The notes: a model not told the origin generated them from the sequence alone. DNA of 64,000 nucleotides from an uncultured Eubacteriales bacterium (GCA_964521195.1 CAZFRE010000001.1:66866-130865); one strand, 5' to 3'; numbered from the stretch's first letter, positions 16,571-25,488 are shown. Translations and numbers: made by a program.

Positions 16571-19500
16571 TGGCTACTAAAGACACAGGGCAGTCGTTCG
16601 GCGGGATGACACGACGCGCGTTCGTCAAGACGGCCGCTGTCGCGAGTGCGGCAGCGAGCTGTGGACTCAACGTCGCGTTCAACGCCGAGAAGGCGCTCGC
16701 GTACGAGAACGACACCACGAATTACAAGGTCACGAACACCACCTGCCCGTACTGCTCGGCGAGTTGTGGCCAGCGCGTTGTTGTCGCCCTCACGGGAGCC
16801 AACACCGGCAAGGTCGTCGACGTCTATGGGGACTTCGAATCGCCGATGAACTCGGGCGGCCTGTGCTCGAAGGGCGCCGGCTCGCTTCAGTTGGTCAACA
16901 ACCCGCGGCGCATCGGCGCGTATCCTGGCGCTCACCCGGTCAACGATGTCTTCGCTGCCGACACGACGACGTACCCCGATGGCGTCGCGTATCGCCGCGA
17001 AGAAGGGGTCACGGCAGGATGGGTGCCGGTCACGCTGAACGCGGCGATGGCCGAGATCGCCTCGACGCTTGTCGCCAAGCGTAACCTCGATCCCGCGACC
17101 AACAACAGCAAGGATGTCGCGTTCTTCGGCTCCTCGCACATGAACAACGAGTCGAACTACATGTACCGCAAGATCATCGCGAACTTCGGTACCAGCAACG
17201 TCGAGCATCAGGCTCGTATATGACACTCGTCCACCGTGGCCGGTCTGGCCGCAGCATTCGGACGAGGCGCGATGACGAACCACTGGTCCGACATCGCCAA
17301 CTCCACGAACATCGTGGTGTGGGGTGCCAACCCCGTCGAGAACCACCCCGCTTGTGTGGCGCATATGAATCGCGCGCGCTTCCCCAAGCAGTTCTTCAAG
17401 TTCCTCGCTGACGGCGTCACGCCGGATCCGCGGGCGAACAAGACCCCTGCGAAGCTCATCGTCGTCGACCCGCGCAAGACGCGTACCGCGCTGCAGGTCG
17501 ATGAGTCGCGCGGCGACCGCTACATCCGGATTCGCCCCGGCACCGACATCGCGCTCGGCAACGGCCTCATGCGCTACATGATCAACAAGATCGAAGCGCT
17601 TCCGGGCACGGACCCGACGCGCGTTGCCTTCTTCGCGTACCTCAACCAGAGCGGCAACGGCTCGTTCTTCAACGACGGAGCTGCTTCCGGCACTGCAGTT
17701 CTTGACGAGTCGGTCGTGCTCACCGGGACGGCCGCGACCGCGCTCGCAAACGCGGGCATCTATACCACGCCCGCGATCGTGGTGACGAGCTCCGACGGAC
17801 TCACGACCTACGCCGCAACCGACTACACGCTGGATGCCGCCAACGGTACGCTCGCGCGCACCGCGACCTCGGCGATCCCCTCAGGCGCCACGGTCCTGGT
17901 CGACTACACGTACGGTGCGTGCGCGCTCATGACGAACGTCGCAGGCAGCTCCAAGTACACGGACGCCAGGTTCCTCCTGACCGCAGACGGTACGGACTAC
18001 GACCGCGAGACCAAGAACCCGGGCACGTCGCGCCAGATCACGGCCTTCCCGAAGAAGGCTGCATCCGTCACGGCCGACCCGAACACTGTGTACAACCGCT
18101 TCAAGAAGCACCTCGAGCCGTACACGCTCGCGGTCACAGCCGACATCTGCGGATGCACGACTGCCGACATCGAGTTCCTCGGCAACGCGTTCATCGCGAA
18201 CAGCCGCTGCGCCACGTCACCGGTGACGATCACCGATCGTTCCGTGACGATGACCGGTACCGTGGCACAGACGCTTGGCCACACCGGCCTCACCGGCGTG
18301 GTGGTCACCAGCTCCGACGGGCTCACCACCTACACGCTGACGACGGATTACACCATCGATGCCACCCAGGGCACGATCACTCGTGTCGCCACGGGCAGCA
18401 TCACCGCCGGTCAGACGGTACTCGTGGACTTCACGGGCACGCCGAGCGACCCGCGTGATCCCGCGTACCGCGCGACCACGATGCTGTATGCCATGGGCCT
18501 CACACAGCACACCTGCGGTGGTCAGAACGTCAAGACGTTCGCCGAGATCCAGACGCTCATGGGCAACATGGGTCGGGCCGGTGGCGGCATCAACGCCCTC
18601 CGCGGCATCCACAATGTCCAGGGTTCGACCGACATGGGCCTGCTGTACGGCAACATCCCGGCGTACTCAGGCAACCCAGGCACCCAGGTCAACGGTGGCC
18701 CGAACTGGAACACCACGCCTAGCTCGAACAACGCGTTCGGCATGTACATGGATGCTCTGTGGGGCACGCCGCTCTCGGGCACGGGCAACAAGCTCCAGAT
18801 GAACAACTCGTACGACGACGCGTACAACACGGCAGCGATGGGACTGCAGCAGCGCGGCTTCTACAACATGACGCTGAAGTGGTTCGGCGACTACACGACG
18901 ATCAACGGTATGGCGCTCGGAGCTGCGAAGCGTGCGGCCGTCGACGCGTGCTACTCGTTGTGGCCCAAGGGCAACGGCGACGACCACATCACGATGTTCC
19001 GCAAGATGGGAACGGGCGCCACGAAGGCCGCAGTCGTGTGGGGTCAGAACCCCGCCGTCACCGAGCCGAACCAGGGCGCGGTGCGTGCAGGACTGTACAA
19101 CCTCGACCTGCTTGTATGTGTCGACATGTTCGAGAACGAGACGGCAGCAGTTCCCCGCAAGAACGGCGGCGTCACGTTCCTGATCCCGACCGCCTCGCAT
19201 GTGGAGAAGGCCGGATCGGCGACGAACTCCGGCCGCACGCTTCAGTGGCGCTACAAGGCCGCTGAGCCTTCCGGCAACACCAAGGACGACAACGAGCTGC
19301 TGCTCCGGTTCGCCAGTGCGCTCGACACCGCTGGTGCGTTCTCGCACATCAAGTCCGTGTGGGACACGAACGGCATCACGTATGACACCTCGGTCTACAA
19401 GCAGCTGTACGGCAATCCGTACGGCGGCTACCTGCCGGGAACCAACACCTTCGCCGGTGTCTCCGGTGCTGCCGAGATGGTCACGCTGCGCAAGGTCATC

Positions 19501-20838
19501 AGCGACCCGCTGACGTACCAGGCGACCCCCGTGGTCGACGAGTCGATCACGCTCACCGGCACGACGGCGACCTCTCTCGCCCACGCGAACCTGATGGCGA
19601 CCGTGGTCGTGAAGAGCTCCGATGGCCTGACGACGTACACGCAGGGGACCCACTACACGGTGGACTACCCCGGCGGCAAGATCACCCGCACGTCGACATC
19701 CACGATTCCGAGCGGCGCATCGGTGCTCGTCACCTATGCGTACAACGGTACCGTCACCGGTTCCGAGTGGGTTGCCGAGGCGGTGTACCGCGAGATGTGT
19801 CTCCCGAGCGCCAATGGAGGCACCCTCTGGATCTACACCGGCGCGTACAACAACCTCTCGACGAGCCCGACGGACAACAAGGCCGCTTGGCAGCCGGCAT
19901 GGGTCTGCCTCAACCGCGCGAAGAACCGCGATCGCACGGACGACGGCAACACCCTCGCGTACCACGGCTGGGGCTACGCGTGGCTCGTCAACCGGCGCGT
20001 GCTCTACAACAACTCCGAAGTCGTTGGCGACGTCGCCGACTTCTTCATGGGCCCGGACTCGGCTTCGAGACTGTTCGTCTCCACGAGCACCGCGGTTCTC
20101 AACTACTCGCGCTGGTACCGCACGATCCACCGTCTCTCGGACCTGCCCAGCCCGGTTCTCGCAGGCGACACGACCAGCCCGCACTACGCTGGGACTGCGT
20201 ACTCGCTCGCGGGCCGCTTCTCGGCTCACACCGAGCCGTACGAGACGCCGCGGCAGAACCTGCTGGCAAAATGGGGCCGCAACACCCGGTACACCGCAAC
20301 GGCGCCTGCGTCGAACCTGCCGTGGAACCTGGTCAAGGACGACACCCGCGTTGCTGGCCGAGGCTACGTCAACGGCGTTGGCGGCAAGACCGTCACCGAC
20401 CCGTCGGCCGCAAGCTTCCCGCTGGTGCTGACCTCCATCCGGTGCGTCGAGCACTTCCAGGGTGGCCCGATCACCCGTAACAACTGGTGGAACGTCGAGC
20501 TCGAGCCCGAGCCGTGGATCGAGATCAACTCCTCCGACGCCGGCAAGTACGGCATCAAGGACGGCGACTACGTCAAGGTCATCACCGCCCGTATCGTCAA
20601 CGATGCAGGCGCAACGGTGATGCCCGCCAGCTATGGCTCAGGCTTCCGCGCCCGCGTGGGTACGGGCCTCACCTCGAGCCAGAAGGTGGCCCCGGGTGTG
20701 GTCGCGATCCCGTGGCACTGGGGTGACAAGGGTCTGTCGACCGGCTCGCGCGCGAACGACATCTGTATCGATGCGTTCGACTCGAACACGGCGATACCCG
20801 AGTACAAGGCCTGTCTCTGCAAGATCGAGAAGATGTAG
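16570..20838 (+). CDS. fdnG: Tat-exported selenocysteine-containing molybdo/tungstopterin formate dehydrogenase catalytic subunit (FdnG-like), enlarged by three repeat insertions
   Basis: Track ORFs 16570-17223 and 17236-20838 are in the same frame, separated only by the TGA at 17221. The junction reads EHQARI-U-HSSTVAGLAAAFGRGAMTNHW, compared with E. coli FdnG QARV-U-HGPTVASLAPTFGRGAMTNHW. Also present: Tat motif TRRAFVK, N-terminal CxxCxxxC...C FeS motif, and INALRGIHNVQGSTDMG. Confidence 0.85.
17221..17266 (+). promoter_or_regulatory. UGA selenocysteine codon plus SECIS-like hairpin
   Basis: CTCGTCC (17226-17232) pairs with GGACGAG (17260-17266). An inner GGCC/GGCC stem carries an apical GGUCU loop, as I recall for the E. 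coli fdhF SECIS (GGUC loop). Confidence 0.65.
17698..17916 (+). repeat. Intragenic ~72-aa repeat module 1 within the FdnG-like gene
   Basis: VLDESVVLTGTAATALANAG...VVTSSDGLTTYAATDYTLDAANGTLARTATSAIPSGATVLVDYTYG. Confidence 0.8.
18223..18438 (+). repeat. Intragenic ~72-aa repeat module 2 within the FdnG-like gene
   Basis: VTITDRSVTMTGTVAQTLGHTG...VVTSSDGLTTYTLTTDYTIDATQGTITRVATGSITAGQTVLVDFTG. Confidence 0.8.
19531..19749 (+). repeat. Intragenic ~72-aa repeat module 3 within the FdnG-like gene
   Basis: VVDESITLTGTTATSLAHAN...VVKSSDGLTTYTQGTHYTVDYPGGKITRTSTSTIPSGASVLVTYAYNG. Confidence 0.8.
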
Positions 20839-20851
20839 GGAGGTGTGAACA

Positions 20852-21790
20852 ATGACTGTTATGGCGATTCTCCAGGATGCCGACAAGTGCATGCGCTGCA
20901 ACGGGTGCGTTATTGCCTGCAAGCGCGAGTGGAACCTCGCTTCGCCGACTAGCATCTCAGACGTCATCCCGCAGAGGTCCATCGTGAACCCGCGCCAGCG
21001 GCTCGCGATCAAGAGCCTCAAGCGTGGCGACATGGGCCCGTTCGTCCGCTTCAGCTGCTGGCACTGCCCGGATCCCCCCTGCGCCTATGAGTGCCCGTAC
21101 GGGGCGATCAAGAAGGAGCCGACGGGTGCGATCAACGTCGATGCGTCGAAGTGCCAGCCCAACCTGTGCAACACCGGCCCGGGGCCCAAGCCCTGCGAGG
21201 TCGGCTGCCAGCGCGGTGGCTACCCGAAGGTAGGCCAGGTCTACGCTTCCGGTCCCTATGCCGGCGAGCAGAAGATGAACAAGTGCACGCTGTGCACGGG
21301 CCGTGCCGGCGCCGATGGCGTGGTCGATGCGAGCACCGCTCTTCCGACGCGCGCTCGCAAGAACTCGTCGGGCGACTTCGTCAGCGATCTGCCGCTTCCT
21401 AGCGGTGGAGTGCTCCCGAATCCGACGGTCCCCGAACTCGCACACGAGCCGGCATGCGTCTCTTCGTGCCCGGCCAAGGCGATGAAGTGGGACTCGAAGG
21501 CTAATATCCTCGCGTACTTGAACGATCCCGCGAACGGGTTCAAGCTCTCCAACGGTACGCAGAACTGGATCGGCAACGGCGCGATCTACTGGGCAAGCAA
21601 GAAGGTCTTGCTCACCCCGCCCAAGGCCGACCCGTTCATCGAGGATCATGTCGCACCGATGGCGAGCAGCATGCTCTCCTCGGGCCGCATGGTTGTTCCG
21701 ACGCTCGTGCTCGGCGGACTCGCCGCCCTCGGTGCCCGCAAGGCTCGGGTGGCTGCCGAAGAAGCCGACGCTGTGAAAGAGGAGGTGTAG
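20852..21790 (+). CDS. fdnH: Four-cluster 4Fe-4S electron-transfer subunit (FdnH/DmsB-like) with C-terminal TM anchor
   Basis: Cys motifs CMRCNGCVIAC, CWHCPDPPCAYEC, CQPNLC...CEVGC and CTLC...CVSSCP. A C-terminal hydrophobic helix (VVPTLVLGGLAALGA) is followed by charged residues. Confidence 0.8.
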   Translation: MTVMAILQDADKCMRCNGCVIACKREWNLASPTSISDVIPQRSIVNPRQRLAIKSLKRGDMGPFVRFSCWHCPDPPCAYECPYGAIKKEPTGAINVDASKCQPNLCNTGPGPKPCEVGCQRGGYPKVGQVYASGPYAGEQKMNKCTLCTGRAGADGVVDASTALPTRARKNSSGDFVSDLPLPSGGVLPNPTVPELAHEPACVSSCPAKAMKWDSKANILAYLNDPANGFKLSNGTQNWIGNGAIYWASKKVLLTPPKADPFIEDHVAPMASSMLSSGRMVVPTLVLGGLAALGARKARVAAEEADAVKEEV

Positions 21791-21793
21791 GAC

Positions 21794-23062
21794 ATGACGA
21801 CCAAGAGACTTGCACTCGCACTCGTCCTCGCCGCCGTGGTGTTGATGGTTCCGTCGGTCGCATTCGGCAACTTCGCGATTCACGGCAACTACGTGCAGGA
21901 CACTGACGCGTGCGCCGGTTGTCACCGTGCCCACACGTCGGTTTCCACGATCACCTGGACCGATTCGGCCGCAGGTGACCAGCACTCCGCTCTGCTCGTG
22001 ACGTCAGCCACTGAGATGTGGCAGTTCTGCTACGCGTGCCACGACGCCACGAACCAGGGCTCGGACACCAACGTCCAGCAGGGCATCTACACCGGTACGC
22101 TGTACGGCAGCACGGACGCCACGCTCAACGGTGGTGGCTTCGAAGAGGTCGACGGTGCACCGGTCACGTCCACCCACATGTACAAGGGCTCCAGCTGGGG
22201 CGCGTACGGCGGTGGCTACTTCGGTGACGGCAAGACCTTCGCCGCTGACTACAGCGACGCCGGTCAGGGCCCCGATGCATTCATGAACGGTACGGGCAAC
22301 GCCATCAAGATGGACTGCGCGACCTGCCATGACCCGCACGGTTCGCCCAACTACCGCATCCTGAAGACCGTCGTGAACGGCAACATCGTCGGCGAGTACA
22401 CGCCCACCGGCGACCCGACCGATCCCGACCCGAACGGCTTCGTGTCCTCCGTCGAGACCGGATGGCCGACCAACGGCTTCCGTCTGCACACCGCGTATCC
22501 GGGATACCAGCCGGACTACACGACGGCCCGTTACGCCAAGGGCTATGACATGCAGACCTCGGCGATCAACACCACCAAGGGCATGAGCGGTTGGTGCGCT
22601 GGCTGCCACAGCACGTACCTCGGCCCGGTCGAGACGTTCACCCGCACCAATGGTGTCGGCGTCGAGACCACCTATGCCAGCGTCGCGAGCACGTACAACG
22701 CCGGCGACGGCGGCGGCCTGGCCCTGCGTCACAAGCACCCGATCAACGTCGAGCTCGATACCTACAACGGTCCCGACAAGTCGTCGATGATCGTGACGGA
22801 CACGACGCTGCCGCTTGCGCATAACCTTGCTGAAGCGGGCTCGCACACCAACCAGTCTTCGGACTGGATCGAGTGCCTGACCTGCCACCGCGCCCACGGT
22901 ACCGCGGCTGACATGACCGGCTACGCGTCCAACGCTGGCGCAGCATCGGTCGTGGACACCGACGGTATCGCTCGCAACGAGTTCGTCGCGCAAAACCCGG
23001 TGCCCTCTGCACTCCTGCGCTACGACAATCGTGGCGTGTGCGAGAGGTGTCACAACAAGTAA
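21794..23062 (+). CDS. Hexaheme c-type cytochrome, OmcS-like
   Basis: Signal peptide/anchor, then six CxxCH motifs at 21911, 22028, 22316, 22595, 22874 and 23039. The motif contexts (CAGCHRAH, CATCHDPHG, MSGWCAGCH, CLTCHRAHG, C-terminal CERCHNK) and the size match my recollection of Geobacter OmcS (CEGCHTMH, CSSCHDPHG, MSEWCANCH, CLSCHRAHA, CNKCHAKD). Confidence 0.6.
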   Translation: MTTKRLALALVLAAVVLMVPSVAFGNFAIHGNYVQDTDACAGCHRAHTSVSTITWTDSAAGDQHSALLVTSATEMWQFCYACHDATNQGSDTNVQQGIYTGTLYGSTDATLNGGGFEEVDGAPVTSTHMYKGSSWGAYGGGYFGDGKTFAADYSDAGQGPDAFMNGTGNAIKMDCATCHDPHGSPNYRILKTVVNGNIVGEYTPTGDPTDPDPNGFVSSVETGWPTNGFRLHTAYPGYQPDYTTARYAKGYDMQTSAINTTKGMSGWCAGCHSTYLGPVETFTRTNGVGVETTYASVASTYNAGDGGGLALRHKHPINVELDTYNGPDKSSMIVTDTTLPLAHNLAEAGSHTNQSSDWIECLTCHRAHGTAADMTGYASNAGAASVVDTDGIARNEFVAQNPVPSALLRYDNRGVCERCHNK

Positions 23063-23101
23063 GGAGCTGAGCGTGCGTGCCGGCGCGCTTCTGCTACGGT
23101 G

Positions 23102-23131
23102 GAAGGGCCGGGGAGGAATCCCCGGCCCTTT
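23102..23131 (+). terminator. GC-rich hairpin after the cytochrome gene
   Basis: GAAGGGCCGGGG / CCCCGGCCCTTT stem with a 6-nt loop, 40 nt after the stop codon. No clear U-tract. Confidence 0.4.
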
Positions 23132-23140
23132 CCCTATCGA

Positions 23141-24616
23141 ATGAGCCCTCCCGAGGTCGGTTTGGAGCGCCCGTTGGCCGAGCGTCCACGAAAGGTGCTG
23201 CCCGCCGCACTCGCCGCCCTTGTCGGCGCGGCCGGCAGCTTCGTGCTGTCCACCATCGCGATGGACACGATGGCCGACACGGCTCTCGTCGGGCTATCCG
23301 CCTGCGTGGCGTTTCTGTTCGTGCTGGCGATCCAAGGTGCGTCCGGTCTCCGCGCCCTGCGTGCTGCCGAGAGGGGCTCCCTCGCGCTGGCGGCATCCGG
23401 TGGGGCGCTTGCCCTGTGGGCGGCGCCGTTGCTCACGCTCTCGCAGCGGGCATCTGACTCACCGTCCGGCGCCGACGTCCTGTTCATGACCACGTCGGCA
23501 TGGGGGCTCGCCGTCGTGGCTGCATCGTTCGGGGTTCGGAGCCAGCGGCCGCCGGTGACAGCACTCGCCGGGGCGGTGGCCTGCGTCGCGGGTGCCGCTG
23601 GCCTGCTCGTCAGCTGGGAGAGCCCAAGCTCCTTCGCGCCGTTCGCGAAGTTCCCGGTCCGCGAGGCGCTCATGCTTGCGGCGGGCGTGCTGTTCGCCGC
23701 AGGCGTGTTGGCGCTTGCGACCGCCGCGCGCAAGGCGGGAACCCGTGTGGCCGCGCTTGCAGGGCTTGGCTCGGCGGCCGCACTCGGGCTCGTCTCGGCG
23801 CTTCCCAGCCTCCCGGCTGCCGATGAGATCGGGCGGGGGGCGCTCTTCCCGTGCCTGTATCTGGGCGTCATGGGTACCATATTCGCCTTGGGATGGATCC
23901 ACGCCTCGAACGAGGTCGGCGTGTCGCGCGCATCGGTGCCGCTGTTCGGCGTACCGATCGCCGTGATGTCGCTGTCCGCACTCGAGCGGGTCACGACCGT
24001 CTATGGGCCCGACCCCGTCAACTGGCCCGCGGCTCTGTCGGGGGCCGCCGTGATCATCGCGGGATGTGCGGTGGTCTGGCTCGCTGTACCCGTTGAGCGA
24101 GCGGAGTCGACCCAAGGGCGCCGTCTCTCCCTTGCGTTGGGCATCGCCGTGGCAGGCTTCGCGGCCGCTGCAGCGTCACTGCTCACGCCGGCGCTTAGCG
24201 CCGTGTCTGAAGGTGGCACCGGAGTGCCGTTTCGGGCGGAATGGACGATGGTCGGAGCGGAATCGGCGTCCGGCTGGCTGGTCCTTGCTGCGGCTGGCCT
24301 GACGCTTGCATCTGTGTGGATGGCTCGGCGTGGCGGAACGCCGGTCACATGGGTCCCGGCCGCGGTCGCTGCGGTCGTGGCTTGCGTGGCGGTCATCCCG
24401 TTGCGTGACCTCACGTTGCACACGTGGAACCGGTGGGTCCCTGCCGACGTCCAACAGACGTACGGGACGGAGTACTCTCGTCTGGTGACAGGATTCGTAG
24501 TCGACCCGACTCGGCTGGTCGCAGTGGTGCTCTCGCTGGTCGCGCTCGTGCTAGTGGCGGCGACGGTACGCCGAGCAGGTTCGGCTGGACAGCTACTCGA
24601 GGAGGACGCGCGATGA
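23141..24616 (+). CDS. Polytopic membrane protein, unknown function (Ala/Leu-rich, at least 10 predicted TM segments)
   Basis: ATG at 23141 chosen because it lies downstream of the hairpin (track start 23099). Hydrophobic segments run throughout. No motif recognised. Confidence 0.5.
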   Translation: MSPPEVGLERPLAERPRKVLPAALAALVGAAGSFVLSTIAMDTMADTALVGLSACVAFLFVLAIQGASGLRALRAAERGSLALAASGGALALWAAPLLTLSQRASDSPSGADVLFMTTSAWGLAVVAASFGVRSQRPPVTALAGAVACVAGAAGLLVSWESPSSFAPFAKFPVREALMLAAGVLFAAGVLALATAARKAGTRVAALAGLGSAAALGLVSALPSLPAADEIGRGALFPCLYLGVMGTIFALGWIHASNEVGVSRASVPLFGVPIAVMSLSALERVTTVYGPDPVNWPAALSGAAVIIAGCAVVWLAVPVERAESTQGRRLSLALGIAVAGFAAAAASLLTPALSAVSEGGTGVPFRAEWTMVGAESASGWLVLAAAGLTLASVWMARRGGTPVTWVPAAVAAVVACVAVIPLRDLTLHTWNRWVPADVQQTYGTEYSRLVTGFVVDPTRLVAVVLSLVALVLVAATVRRAGSAGQLLEEDAR

Positions 24617-25461
24617 GGCGTCTTGTCAGGTTCGGACTGGCCGCCGCGATGGTAGTGGTGGTCGGGGCGGTGTCGGCGTGCCAGCGTACGGTCGAGGTCC
24701 AGACCGGGACGCGGATCGTGGACGCGCAGGGCCGCGTGATCTCCGAGGACATCCAGACACTGCGCGTGCCTCCGGAGAGCGCGAGTGCGTATCGGATCAA
24801 CACCATCACCCAGGAGTCGACCTCAAGCCCGCAGATAGCGGCGCTCTACGCCGACGCCCAGTCCGCGATCGCCGCGGGGGATCTCAAGACGGCCGGGCAG
24901 AAGCTCGCCGAGGTCATCGCTCTCGATGCGAGCTTCGGCAAGGCCAAGCAGCAAGCCGACGCGATCGCCAAGGGCGAGAAGGTCAAGCCGGACACGTCGA
25001 ACCCCACTTCGAACCCAAAGCCGTCGACTCCGTCGACCACCACCGGTACTCCCGGCGGCAAGCCCCCCGTGGAGAACGGCTCGGCGCTCACGCGATGGAC
25101 ACCGGACGTGCTCACCGGCTTCACGGCCGCGGTTGCCGCCGTCGACCCGCTGTCGGTCTCGCGGCAGTACACGCCCAACATGGGTAATCCGGCGAGCTCG
25201 CTCGTCATCGTCGCCGAGCAGTTCCGCAACTCGACGGCTGCCAAGCGCGCCCTGAAGTCGAACGTGAAGGACCGATACCCGGACAACTCCAGCTCATCCA
25301 CGGTCAACGGGCATACGGTCTACTTCGGTACCGATGGCAAGTTCGCCGTCGCGGGGTTCACCGACGGCGCGGTGATGGTCGCGCTCGAGGCATCGCCACG
25401 ATCCGGGTCGGCCTCGTCGATGAAGAGCGTGCTCTCGCAGGCGGTCGAGCAGCTGCCGTAG
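24613..25461 (+). CDS. Putative lipoprotein, unknown function
   Basis: ATG at 24613 overlaps the upstream stop (ATGA). Signal peptide plus lipobox (VGAVSAC). A Pro/Thr/Ser-rich linker is present. Confidence 0.55.
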   Translation: MRRLVRFGLAAAMVVVVGAVSACQRTVEVQTGTRIVDAQGRVISEDIQTLRVPPESASAYRINTITQESTSSPQIAALYADAQSAIAAGDLKTAGQKLAEVIALDASFGKAKQQADAIAKGEKVKPDTSNPTSNPKPSTPSTTTGTPGGKPPVENGSALTRWTPDVLTGFTAAVAAVDPLSVSRQYTPNMGNPASSLVIVAEQFRNSTAAKRALKSNVKDRYPDNSSSSTVNGHTVYFGTDGKFAVAGFTDGAVMVALEASPRSGSASSMKSVLSQAVEQLP

Positions 25462-25488
25462 TGGCCCGTACGCGGACTCCGCACGCGG

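Noticed and set aside
17221-17223. TGA read as a genuine stop, which would make the FdnG-like gene a pseudogene or two genes.
   Set aside because: The frame continues unbroken. The codon sits exactly at the Sec position of FDH-N-type enzymes (QAR(I/V)-U-H), and a SECIS-like hairpin follows immediately.
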